From: the human T2T-CHM13v2.0 reference genome, Homo sapiens | NCBI RefSeq assembly: GCF_009914755.1 | Contig: NC_060940.1 | Length of the DNA: 64,000 bases | Direction: 5' to 3' (one strand) | Translations under genes and position numbers: made by a program | In this document: positions 1-44,261 of the stretch, in pieces | How the letters are laid out: each line of letters starts with the position of its first letter | Position numbering within the stretch: the first letter of the stretch is position 1 | Notes under the pieces: generated by a model | What the model saw: only the letters and a program-made list of their open reading frames with translations | Databases searched by the model: none | Told to the model about the DNA's origin: nothing

Positions 1-11
1 AGGAAAAGTCA

Positions 12-2207
<2,196 letters not shown>

Positions 2208-2228
2208 TTATTTCTTTTTTTCTTTTTT

Positions 2229-2663
2229 TTAGCAGGAGAAGCAGATGCCACACTCAGAGCAGGACTGAGGCTTCTCACCTGTATGCGTGTGCCTATGAAT
2301 GGCCAAGGGAGCCTCTTTGGTGCACGCACCACACACAGTCAAAGCACCAGTAGGGCTTCTCTCCTGCATGGATAAGCTGGTGCTGGAGCAAGTTTCCCAG
2401 TCAGCAAGGGGAGTGCCACACTGTAGGCAGTGGTGGCAGTGCTCACCCAAGTGCATGTGCCTGGTGGTGGCCACAAGGGAGGGGAATGCAAACTGGCACC
2501 CACATCTGTGCACACATCCGCATATGTGCGTGGACAGCGCCCTCCTCAGGTGGAAGAGGTGGCTGCAGTCGGAGCCCTTGCAGAGCTCGTCCCCTGTGTG
2601 GGGGCAGCTGGTGCTGGACCAGGTGAGCTCTCTGGGAGAATTAGACACTGCATGACCCACAAA
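2229..2663 (-). pseudogene. Degenerate C2H2 zinc-finger array, 3' part (split by the provirus)
   Basis: Minus-strand translation gives HTGDE.., CxxC..H..H remnants and HRHTHTGEKPQSCSECG, with stops and frameshifts. Confidence 0.8.
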
Positions 2664-3092
2664 TGTGGCTGTCGGTTCGGGACTGAACAAAGGAGGACGA
2701 ACGCAGAAATGGAGACAAAGAAAAGGATCTGTTTTAAAGAAAGTGTCGGGGGCTCCTTGCTTCTAGGGAATAAGGGCCCTGAGCTTCTACAGCCCTTCAT
2801 ATTTATTAGGTAGAATCAACAGGGACTAAGAGGTAGTAGTTGGTCAGCTGCTTGATTTAGCACAGGCTCACATAATTGCTTTCTTTATACAACAGGCTCC
2901 AGATGTTCCTATAGATAACTACAAGGAACAACTGCACCTGGTGTGTGACTGTCCTCAGCATTCCTTCTGGTGGCAGACGCAGTTGTCAGCTTGCCAACAT
3001 CCTGCATTCATGAGAACAGTTTGCTGTTTGCTCATATAGCCTCCAGTGGTATACTGAGTTGGTCACGACCCTCATTCTTTTGGCCTCCAACA
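2664..3092 (-). repeat. 3' LTR (LTR3-type); PPT AGAAAGGGGGAGA immediately upstream at 3093-3105
   Basis: Direct repeat of 10832-11262, about 35-40 differences by hand alignment (~91% identity). Confidence 0.93.
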
Positions 3093-5439
<2,347 letters not shown>

Positions 5440-5461
5440 CTCCTGTAAGAACACAAGCATA

Positions 5462-5765
5462 GGCTGGGTGTGGTGGCTCATGCTTGTAATCCCAGCACTT
5501 TGGGAGGCCGAGGCAGGCAGATCACGAGGTCAGGAGATCGAGACCACAGTGAAACCCCATCTCTACTGAAAATACAAAAAATTAGCCTGGCGTTGTGGCG
5601 GGTGCCTGTAGTCCCAGCTACTCGGAGAGGCTGAGGCAGGAGAATGGCATGAACCCAGGAGGCGGAGCTTGCAGTGAGCTGAGATCATGCCACTGCACTC
5701 CAGCCTGGGTGACAGAGCGAGACTCTGTCTCAAAAAAAAAAAAAAAACCAACAACAACAACAAAA
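5462..5765 (+). mobile_element. AluY-like insertion in the integrase 3' end
   Basis: Full Alu with TSD AACACAAGCATA and A/(AAC)n tail. Confidence 0.92.
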
Positions 5766-8269
5766 AACACAAGCATATCCTCGTCCCCATGTCAGTAAAT
5801 CCACTGGGCCTTTCCATTGTCCTTCTTCTGGGGATTTCCATAATAGCTTTGGATAAACTTTCCTCTTTCCTTCTAACATTTGCCCGTGTCATTCCGCCAG
5901 AGTCTTACTATCTGTACCAGGAGTCAAAAAATTTAAAGTAAATAAGGCTAAATGTAATTTTGTTTCAGGTGGTTAGTTGGTCTCCTATTCCCCCTTTTTG
6001 TTTTTTCAACATACATTGTAATGTTTGATGTGCCTGCTCTATGATTCCTTGTCCTCGAGGGTTATGAGGAATTCCTGTTTTATGAGTGATTGCCCATAAC
6101 TGTAAAAATTTTGAAAAGCATGACTAACATAAGCAGATCCATTGTCAGTTTTTAATTGTTTAGGAACCCCCATATGGGCGAATAATCACAAACAATGTCG
6201 TCAGACACGGACAGCCATTTCCCCTGTTTGACATGTGGCATGTAACATATGAGAGTAGGTGTCTATAGTCACATGAACATAGCTGAGTGTGCCAAAGGCT
6301 GCTATATGTGTAACATCCATCTGCCAGATTTCATTTGGAGCCAAGCCTCATGGGTTGCATCCTTCCATGGGTGCAACACCAGGGACATGCTGGCAAGTAG
6401 GGCAGGCTTGCACAATAGCTGGAGCCTGGCTGCGAGGCAGATGAAACATACGAGTAAGGGCAGAGGTGTTTTGATGCAATAATGCATGAGAAACTTGGGC
6501 TTGTTGAAATACAGAACTGATCAGTTTATCTGCTCCATCATTACCTAGAGATAGTGGTCTAGGGAGTTGTGTGTGAGAGTGGATATGAGAAATATCAAAA
6601 GGAACAGCACGAGAGAAAATAGCTTGTTGAAGTCTTAGAAATAAGTTAAACAGCTCTGGTTCTAGGCTGCTTTTAATAGTGGCAGTTTCAATGCGACTGG
6701 CTACATTCACAACATAGGCTGAATCACAGACAATGTTAATAGGAGATGAAGCGGTGAGCTGTAAAACCTGAATAACTGCCATTAGTTCTGAGCATTGAGC
6801 TGAAACTCCAGAGGTCTTTATTGTTTGAGTATGCTTAGGTCCATAAATAGCTGCTCGGCCTTTGGAAGAGCCATCAGTGAAATAAGTCTGTCCGCCTGGA
6901 GTAGGCTTGTGATGAGTAATCACAGGAAGGATAAAAGGGTGAGCTTTATCAAATTGCAAAATTTTGTCTGATAGATAACGGTTAACTATTATTTCTACAA
7001 AATCTGTGAGAGCAATTTGCCATGCAGTCAACATTTCCCATGCTGCTGCCTGTTGTTGGGAATCCAAGGGAACAATAATTTTTTTCTGGATAATATCCCA
7101 TAAGTATTTTTGATCTCTGCCTACCTATTGTTATAAGTTGAGTAATTAAAGACAAACTTGCAAAGATTTCACTGTCTGATTGGATTTTTAAAAAAGCCAT
7201 TCTAATACTACTACAGATTTGTCTATGAATTGGCCTAAAGGTCTTGTTGGAGAATGGAGGGTAGGAAGAATAAACAGAAGCAAAGCCTTTTGTGGCTGTA
7301 GCCAGGAGGCATGTCGTTGCTGAAGCACCTGCTCTACAAGCTGTAACTCAGCTTCTGCCTCCTTAATAAGTTGCAGAGGAGAGCTTAATGAAGAGTCTCC
7401 TTGGAGGGTCTGGTAAAGCTGTTTGAGTTAATAAGTAGCAATACCTAGCATTGGGTGCAGCCAGTTAATATCCCCTAATAATTGTTGGAAATCGTTCAGA
7501 ATTTGTAATCTGTCCTTACGGAGAGCTACTTTTTGAGGCCAAACACTTCTTTCAGTAACAATAGTGCCTAAGTACTGGTATGGGGAGGTTGTTTGCACCT
7601 TTTCTGGAGCTACTTTGAGATTCCATTTAGTCAAAGCCCGTTTTATTTCTCTGAATAACTGATGTAAAATTTAATCTGTAGAAGCAGCCAAAAGAATATC
7701 ATCCATATAATGAATGATGTAGGCAGTGGGAAACATATTCCAAGGCCGCTTTAATGTCTGTCCTGCAAAATGCTGACATAACATAGGACTGTTGAGCATG
7801 CCTTGGGGTATAACTTTCCATTGATAATGAGAGACAGGCTCTTTTTGATTAACAGAAGGCACAGAGAAGGCAAATCGAGGCCTATCCTGCTCATGTAATA
7901 GTATAATAACAACAACAACAAAAAAAACAGTCTTTAAGATCTATTACTACAAGAGGCCAGTCTCTTGGAATCACTGCCGGGGATGGCAGACCTTGCTGTA
8001 ATGCACACATTGGTTTAATCTGTGCATTAATAGCTGTCAGATCATGAAACAGTAGGAAACATTTTCCTAACTTTTTTGGAATTACAAATACTGATGAATT
8101 CCAGGGACTGACTCTTCAATATGTCTTGCATCCAGTTGCTCTTTTACTAGCTGATGGAGTTGAGTTAGTTTCTCCTGTGATAGGGGCCATTGATCCACCC
8201 ATACAGGCTTGTCAGTCAGCCACCCTAGCGGCAAAGCATTGGGTGGAGGAGAAATATTAATGACCCCTG

Positions 8270-9200
8270 TCAGAAATCCTGACGACCTAGCCCTTTTCTA
8301 TCTGTTTGCCCAGTTACTGATATAGGATCAGGGTTTCCCTGTTGGGACTTTCCTAAGCCTTTTCCGTTCTGATATCCCATTTTCTTTAACATTTTAAATC
8401 CTGGATTGTCAATAGTTTCATTTGTAAGTCTCATATCCTGTGCTGTAAGTAAATCTTGGCCCCATAGGTTAACAGCTATATTTGCAACATAAGGTTGAAA
8501 AGTACACGACTGTCCATCTGGTCTGAGACGGGTAAAATCTCAGCACTCTGTTGAACACTTTGAACTTTTCCTACTCCCACTAAGGATGTAGAAGTTAATT
8601 GCAGGGGCCAGGATGGGGGCCAATTGTTTTTAGATATTACTGACACATCAGCTCCCATATCCATAAGCCCATAGAACTTTTTTCCTTTAATTTGCACTGT
8701 ACAGGTGGGTCGATTAGAAGCTATCGTTTGGGGTAAATTTCCCTTCTGGTTGTACTCCCAAATCCTTGATTCCCTCATTTCTCCTTATGTGGAGAAGGGT
8801 AATTTGCAGGCAATAGGCAGTAGTTGTATATTCTCCTGGTTCAAAAACCCACAGATCTTGTGACATTACCACTACTTGAATTTCTCCTTCATGATCAGAG
8901 TCAATTCCTGGGACTATAGTAATGCCCTGTAAGTTGAGACGGCTTCTACCCAAAATTAATCCCATATATCCTGTTGGCAAAGGACTCCAAATGCCAGTGG
9001 GAATTTTAGTGGTTTTTGTCTCCTCTGACTAACGTAACCCATTCTCTGACTGGGAGAGCTATTCCTGCGCTTCCAGGTGTTCCTGGGGAGAGGGAATCAA
9101 TGTTCCTCCGGAGATCCACCCCTGAAGTCGGGTTGTGGCCTGGATGGGGAATGCCCTCATTGTTTGAGGGGCCTGGGTCCAGGCCCCCTTCTCATTTCCC
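8270..9200 (-). pseudogene. pro with N-terminal dUTPase and C-terminal G-patch, disrupted
   Basis: dUTPase-like GLILGRS..PGIDSD.EGEI; protease LMDMGADVS (DTG mutated); G-patch MLKKMGY..GKGLG; GGGAAAT slippery-site remnant at 9194-9200. Confidence 0.85.
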
Positions 9201-10668
9201 AATGTGGGCGGTCCCATTCTGATGAAATTGTGAATGGCATTGATTAGCCCAATGATTTCCTTTATTGCAATGAGGGCAAAGTCCTGGCGTTTTTTTCTGT
9301 TGGGGGTAGGGTACTGCATTATAAGATCCCTTCTGCCCAGAGGTCTGATGGCACTCCTTTTTGAAACGTCTGATTTTTCCACAATTATAACATTTTCCCC
9401 TTTTAGAGTTTGACCCTTGGCCCTTTCTAGATTTGGCCACTAATAAATTAGCCGTTGCTTGAGCTAACATTGTAGAGCGATGAAGCTCAGTTCCCACATT
9501 TTGACAGGCTTTGAGAAAATTTCCTAAGTTTTTTGTACATCTTACAGAAGCCAGTGCACGTTTACAATCCTCATTTGCATTCTCAAAAGCTAAAGTTAAA
9601 GTTAGCATCTCTGCAGCCGCGGTATGAGGAATCTGACACCTCACTGCCTCTAGTAATCATGCAAGAAAATGTGCAGAGGGCTCCTGCAACCCTTGCATGG
9701 CACGTAAAAAAGATTGTATTGGGACCCCCTTCCTCTGGAATTGTGGCCAACGTGTGTTTAGCGGCCAGTGCACACTGCTGATAAGCAGCTTCTGGGAGTG
9801 CCATTTGATGTTGCAGGTCTGAATAAGGGCCATTACCCAACAGCATATCCTCTGTAATGTCCCTGTGTCCAGCAGCACGATTCTGTCTAGCCTGGTCTGC
9901 ACACAGTTCTTGCCAATTTAAATTCCATGTCAGGTATGAACTAGCAGACAAACAAGTGCGGGCCAAATGCTTTACATCAAAGGGTGGAAGGCGCATAGCA
10001 CCAAATACAGATTCTAGCAATCCTAAAGTAAATGGGCTCTGTACTCCATTATTCAGTACATGAGCTTTTAATTCCTTCAACAACTTAAACTCTAGTGGGG
10101 TGTGTTCATGAATAAACTGCTGTGGATTATTTGGATCCAGCCTTATAGAAATAGGAAAAGCACAAGGTTCGAAGGGCTCTCCAGCTATGGCAGCAGAGCG
10201 TAGAATTCTTTGTTTTGGGGTCTCTATTTCTGTTACTGAAGGAGACAGTACACGTGTGTCCACTACTGGAGGGGGCGGTACAGGCCAATTTTCATCCTCC
10301 CTCTCCTGTTTATTATTTCAATGGGCGCTGTTGGAGGGACAAAAGATTCTTTTGAAATTTGAGATTCAGAACATGGCTCCTGCTGTCCGGCAGAATAAGA
10401 AGGAGACAATGGCAGGAGGACAGTATGGAATAAAGTCAAAACAGAAGGATCAACTTTAAGACCTTTTTGATAAGCCTGTTTTAATCCTTCCCCTACACTG
10501 TCCCAATTTTCCGCATCGAGATGCCTGTCTGTGGAAACCATGGGTTATGCATAACAACCTCCTGCAGCAGCTTAGTGTTTGAGAACTAACCTGAGCACCA
10601 GATTGTTTAAGTAAAACTTTAAGCAACTGCACATAATGTTGCTCCTCAGTTGACAAATTCTGCCCCAC
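9192..10668 (-). pseudogene. gag, disrupted; start codon decayed to GTG
   Basis: (V)GQNLS matrix start, capsid GVQSPFTLG and LAFENANEDC, two zinc knuckles CYNCGK..C and CPHCNKGNHWANQC. Confidence 0.88.
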
Positions 10669-10811
10669 GTTACCCTGATTCACAAACTTCCCACTCCCAG
10701 TATCTCTTTAGGGCACTGACCTTATATCCTCTGCCAGCAGATTTGTCCTGGGGTTTCTCACTCATCTGGTCAGTTTCAGTTTCTCTGCTCCAGCAGATCT
10801 TCTTCCTTCAC

Positions 10812-10829
10812 GTCCCTGATTAGGCACCA
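10812..10829 (-). other. Primer-binding site, tRNA-Lys(UUU)-like
   Basis: TGGTGCCTAATCAGGGAC vs canonical TGGCGCCCGAACAGGGAC (14/18), 2 nt after the 5' LTR. Confidence 0.8.
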
Positions 10830-10831
10830 CT

Positions 10832-11262
10832 TGTGGCTGTTGGTTTGGGACTGAATGAAGGAGGACAAACGCAGAAATGAAGACAAAGACAAAAGGATCT
10901 GTTTTAAGGAAGGGGTCAGGGGGCTCCTTGCTTCTAGGGAATAAGGGCCCTGAGCTTCTACAGCCCTTCGTATTTATTAGGTAGAATCGACAGGGAGGAC
11001 GAGGCAACGGTTGATCAGCTGCTTGATTTATCACAGGCTCACATAATTGCTTTCTTTATACAACAGGCTCCAGATGTTCCTATAGATAACCACAAAGAAC
11101 ACTTCACCTACGGCATGACCATCCTCAGCATTCCTTCTGGCGGCAGATGCAGTTGTCAGCTTGCCCACATCCTGCATCCATGAGAACAGTTTGCTGTTTG
11201 CTCATATAGCCTCCAGTGGTATACTGAGTTGGTCACAACCCTCATTCTTTCGGCCTCCAACA
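10832..11262 (-). repeat. 5' LTR (LTR3-type) with AATAAATA TATA-like box (10971-10978)
   Basis: Direct repeat of 2664-3092; adjoins PBS. Confidence 0.93.
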
Positions 11263-16070
<4,808 letters not shown>

Positions 16071-16174
16071 ATCTGAGGGAGATAGAGCTTGGCCAACAAG
16101 AAGGCTGCTTCCTAGTATGTTCTGCTATCTCTAAGCAGTGAGACACACTACAGTATACATTCTTGGAGAAGCCT

Positions 16175-16945
<771 letters not shown>

Positions 16946-17125
16946 AGAAGTACAGTCAGCTTCAGTGTTCCATTCCTTGGCTATTAGGGTATCTCCCATT
17001 TCCATCACTCTCTCAGGCTGATTCATTTAGACTTCTAGAAGATATTACCCTCAATCTGGATAAAAAAACTGAGATCCCAACTCGTGCTACTGTGTGTGTG
17101 TGTGTGCGTGCATGTGTGTGTGTGA

Positions 17126-21170
<4,045 letters not shown>

Positions 21171-21199
21171 CTAAAGGACCACTCTTGGATCTGATCCTG

Positions 21200-21800
21200 A
21201 GAAAGTCCCTTAGAAAACATGGCGACGCCAGCCTCACCACCTGTTTCCAAAAGCAGTGTGACGCCCTTCGCTCCCTTAGTCAAGCTAATCTTACTAAATA
21301 AGGAACAAGCTTCCCCTGAGGCTTGCCCTTCAGCGCACTGGCACTGCCCACCCGAACGGGCGTCACGGATCCTGGTCAGTCTCTAGGATCGCGCTCGCTG
21401 ATAGGACGCTTCTGGTCGAACGTCCAAACAAGGTGTGCGGTGATTGGGCCGCGGAGGGCGGGGCGTTTGAACGGCGCGTGCGTGGGAGTTCCCCAGGCCG
21501 GCGTCATTAGGATCCTGGTGGGCGGTGGGACTTGGGTTCAAAGAAGACCAAGCAGGCAGACGTGTTCGGGGGCCCGCGGGTTCCGAGACTGGAGACTGGA
21601 CCTTTGGCTGTCCCCACGTGCATTCTAGGTCAACGGTGCGGTGGCAGAACCCTGGGGCTCTCCCCCGCGGAACTCGGCCCTGGCCGAGGCCCCAACCACG
21701 CTAGTAGGAGGAGGCCGAGCATCCCTCCTCGAAATCGCGAAATCCCGGCCCGACAATGTAGCCACGGAGTCGAAAGCCGCGTGCGAACTTGGCACTCACA
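21200..21800. promoter_or_regulatory. Orphan CpG island with promoter motifs
   Basis: CpG-rich non-repeat DNA; YY1-like AAAACATGGCG 21214; ATTGG 21443; GC boxes; GGCGG-N4-TTTGAA 21457-21471. Confidence 0.75.
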
Positions 21801-21894
21801 AAGCCTAGATAACCGTCTATTTTCTCCTGTAAAATAGGAGGGATGGACCCCCACAGATCATTGTAAAAGGTTCTTACAAAGAAAAATCCTCCTG

Positions 21895-30862
<8,968 letters not shown>

Positions 30863-32061
30863 TTATCTACATTCTCCTCAATTTCTGCCCCTGGATCTCT
30901 GCACTTGCAGTGATGACTGATGCACAGTCTTCCTTCCCAACTCCCTTTCCTTAAAGTCACATTGTTCATCACCTTCTCTGGGAAGCATTCTCCTGTAGCT
31001 CTGCAATGTGCCCTTTTGGGAACCTGTACATAAGTTGAGTTGAGCATTTATCTCATCGTGTTGGTCTATTTCATTGTCTCTGAAGACAAGGACGCTCACT
31101 GTCTTGTCCACCATAGTGTTTTTGTGTCTGGCTCATTGCTGGAGTTCAACAAATGTACTGAACAAATAAATAGACACCTCAGCCCATATTTAGAGCCCTC
31201 CTGCCCCCACAAAAACCTTGACTGTCCCATGTTTAGGCCTTCCTCTTTCTCTAGAGCAAAGGTCACAGTGGTGTGAATCTGTTTTCTGTCTCTTAGACCT
31301 CAATGCCTCAGCATTGCCACTCTAGCCATGAGTATTGATCTCCAGACACCTCTATCTGGAAATTTTTTTTTTTTTTTTTAGAGACAGGGTCTCACTCTGT
31401 TGCCCAGGCTGGAGTTCAGTGGCTCCATAAACAGCTCATTGCAGCCTTGACCTACCGGGCTCAAGTGATCCTCCTGCCTCAGCCTCTGGAGTAGCTGGGA
31501 CTCCAGTTGCAGGCCACCATCCCCGGCTGGACTCGCTTTCTGAATGTTGCCTAGATCTGGCCTCCACATGAAAGTATAGGATGCCAGGAATCACCTTTAG
31601 ACAAGCTGGCAGCTGCCCAGCCCAGCTTCCTCCACTTCATCTGAGCCATCTGTCCTCAGAGGCACCATCAGTGCTCATTTTCTTTTTTTTTTTTTTTTCA
31701 GGTGTGACAGCAGCATTCAAAACGACTTTAAGGATTATGTCTGCAATGCAGACTTTACACCTCTCCTGCAAATGGCCCATCCTCTAAAATATCTGCACAG
31801 TAATTGCAAGTGGGGACTTTCAAAATTCAGATATTCCATTTTATTTAATGCTGAAACACTAGTACCTACATTTGTTGGTGATGATTAAGTCTGGGTCAAA
31901 TCAAGACAGAGAAACCACATGGTAATTTGAACAAGGAAAGGTTTAATATTTTAAAAAAATCAACAATAGCCAAGTGCAGTGGCTCATGCCTGTAATCCAA
32001 GCACTCTGGGAGGCCGAGGCGGGCAGATCACGAGTTCAGGAGATCGAGACCATCCTGGCTA

Positions 32062-32286
<225 letters not shown>

Positions 32287-32306
32287 TTAGAGAAATGATT
32301 AGATTG

Positions 32307-33609
<1,303 letters not shown>

Positions 33610-33662
33610 GATAATAAGAAGTAAACAGAATTCTAAAAAAAAAAATGCAAGAAGAGCAGATA

Positions 33663-33741
33663 TTAGGTTGGTGCAAAAGTAATTGCGGTTTTGCCATTAC
33701 TTTTAATGACAAAAACCACAGTTATTTTTGCACCAACCTAA
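33663..33741. mobile_element. MADE1 MITE (Hsmar1-derived palindrome)
   Basis: TTAGGTTGGTGCAAAAGTAATTG..TTTTTGCACCAACCTAA flanked by TA on both sides. Confidence 0.92.
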
Positions 33742-34070
33742 TACAAGGAGCAGCCACAGCTCCTCTCAGGCGGAGACAGAGCATACAAGAAAAAGGCTCC
33801 TTCTGGCCAGGCGCGGTGGCTCATGCCTGTAACCCCAGCACTTTGGGAGGCCATAGCGGGTGGATCATTTGAGGTCAGGAGTTTGAGACCAGCCTGGTCA
33901 ACATGGTGAAACCCCATCTCTACTAAAAATACAAAAATTAGACAGGCATGGTGGCATGTGCCCGTAATCCCAGCTACTTGGGAGGCTAAGGCAGAATCGC
34001 TTGAGCCTGGGAGGCGGAGGTTGTGGTGAGCCACCACACTCCAGTCTGGGTGACAGAGTGAGACCCTGTC

Positions 34071-34210
34071 GAAAGAAAGAAAGAGAGAGAGAGAGAAGGA
34101 AGGAAGGAAGGAAGGAAGGAAGGAAGGAAGGAAGGAAGGAAGGAAGGAAAAAGAAAGAAGGAAGGAAGGAAGGAAAGGAAGGAAGGAAGGAAGGAAGGAA
34201 AGAAAGAAAG

Positions 34211-34253
<43 letters not shown>

Positions 34254-34280
34254 AAAGAAAGAAAGAAAGAAAGACAGACA
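34071..34280 (+). repeat. Polypurine (GAAG)n/(GAAA)n tract grown from an Alu tail
   Basis: About 200 nt of almost pure A/G. Confidence 0.95.
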
Positions 34281-34792
34281 GACCTCCTTCCTTCCTGAGA
34301 TCCACAAGTTTTTGGAGAGGGCACAGAAGTACAGAAGTCGCTGAAGTACAGTAGTTGCTGGAGTGTCAGTCTGGTGGAACTTGCTGGAAATCCACCCTCT
34401 TGGGTGCCAGGGAAAGCTGTTCATGGGCAGGTGTCTCCACAGAGGAACTCCACTGCAAAACCATCCAGAGGGCACCTGGGGGAGCTGCTGACCCTGGGGT
34501 TCTGCTGGCCACCCTGCCCTGCAGAAGCAGGGAGCTGGGAACCCACTTGTGCTGCAGGAGCCTCCCAGGAGGGTTTGCTGAACTGGGAAGCAAAACTCTT
34601 TCTTCCTGCAATGTCTCTCCAGCCATCTATTGACAAAACTTAGCATGATGCTGGCTGGTAAAAAAAATTTAAATATATATATATATTTAAAGGGTCCAGG
34701 CCAGGCGCGGTGGCTCACGCCTGTAATCCCAACACTTGGGGAGGCCGAGGTGGGCGGATCACGAGGTCAGGAGATCGAGACCATCCTGGCTA

Positions 34793-35227
<435 letters not shown>

Positions 35228-35441
35228 TCATGAGGGCTCACATTTGCTGGCCTGGGCTAAGGGCCAAGACTGCCACAGTCTACCTTAGACTTCCATTTGA
35301 TGAACTCTAGCACCCCAAGTTAGGGTCACACTGGTGGGCTCTTCCTACCAAATACTCAGGTCCAGGACTTTTCTTTGGACTACATCTTTTACCCTTGGTG
35401 TCATTGACTTCAAGAGACCTAGAGAATCAAAACTCAGATTA

Positions 35442-35755
<314 letters not shown>

Positions 35756-36155
35756 TCAGGTTAGGCCTGCTCTGCTTTTGAAAGTTTTTCCTGCCCTGGG
35801 GCCTGAAAAGCACCTGTGGGGTTTAGGTCTTAATTTGGCAAGGTTGAAAGAATCTCCAAGCACTCACAGCTGGATGAAACATCACTGTACCTCCTCAGGC
35901 ACCCATACTGCCAGCCCTGATCCAGAGGGAGAGAAACACCTCTACGTGGAAGAACCACGGCGGCCTGCTCCCACCAGAAGTCTGAATGGGTTTCCAGAGG
36001 ACCCAGCGGACCTCCTGTTACAGAGATGCTGTAGTCCTGCAAGAACGTCTCCCTGCATGAGTCCTTAGGGACGGAGCTGGGGAGCCTCCATTTCCCACAT
36101 AAGCCCTTCTCGATTATGCTTTCCATATCATCCCTTGTTTGTTTGTCTGTTTTGA

Positions 36156-36482
<327 letters not shown>

Positions 36483-36999
36483 TAAACCAGGAAGCACCTC
36501 TGCACCTTATCTCGGACCCAGGATTCTAGGCTTCAGGGTCTCTCGTTCTGTTAAGAAAACAAAATAAGGACTCGTGCTGGGCGCTCACGCCTGTAATCCC
36601 AGCACTTTGGGACGCTGAGGCGGGAGGACTACTTGAGCCCAGGTGTTCAAGATCAGCCTGGGCAACATAGCGAGATCCTGCCTCAAATTAAAAAAAAAAA
36701 ATTAAAAAAGAAAAGAAGTACTGGTTTGGACCAGGGAATCTGGGGAAGGAGAACTAGTGCAGACATGGGCTTTGGTTAAGCGGTCAGGGCACCTTCATAG
36801 CGCTGCAAGAAGCCACTACATGCCCACTTCCTCCCCACCAACAGCCCAGCTTCCAGTAAAGGGTCCATGACGCAGCTCCTCCAAGCAGCAGCGTCCCACC
36901 CTGATCCCTTACTCCTCAGGACTATTTACACCTCCCCCATCCTGCGGGCCCCACTTGAGACAGTGGTTCCTGAGAGCCGGGCCCCACTAGCAAGCCAAG

Positions 37000-43278
<6,279 letters not shown>

Positions 43279-43355
43279 GTGCCCCATCTGTTGGTCATCC
43301 ATCCTGAAGGGACAGGAAACCTCCCAGGCAGTTATTTTTTTTTCTCTATATTTCT

Positions 43356-43361
43356 AGTAAA
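43356..43361 (+). terminator. Probable non-canonical poly(A) signal AGTAAA of PRR14
   Basis: Only PAS-like hexamer seen after the stop; U-rich flanks. Confidence 0.55.
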
Positions 43362-43525
43362 GTTTTCGATATGTTTCTGATTCTTTTGTATCTCTAGCTG
43401 AGTTTAAGATTGATTTGGCTGATGTTTCTACGTTGACCCCCAAAGGTCTGGGAACTGGGGCTGGTGCTAGAGATGGTGACAGGGGTTGGGTACAGAGTAC
43501 AGGGAGGGGGTGAAGTGGTCACTTG

Positions 43526-43782
<257 letters not shown>

Positions 43783-44075
43783 TGAACATCTGACCTCAGG
43801 AAATCCGCCTGCTTTGGCCTCCCTAAGTGCTGGGATTACAGGCATGAGCCACCATGCCCGGCCTAGAGATACTCTCTTGCTTAGAGGATTCTCCTGTGTG
43901 GAGGGACACTTCTGAATCAGTGCCAGATGATACTGTGACCCTAGACCGTGGTCTGGGTTCTCCCAATTCATTTATATCAAGGAGACTGAAAGGCCTATAG
44001 TGGGTCAAGGCCTTGAAGATCAAGATGGCCCTGAATTCCTGCTAACATGCAGGCCAGGACCTGCTGCTGGATTCA

Positions 44076-44261
<186 letters not shown>

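Noticed and set aside
33738-34718. 326-aa ORF, the longest in the track
   Set aside because: Stop-free because it crosses a (CTTT/CCTT)n tract and Alus
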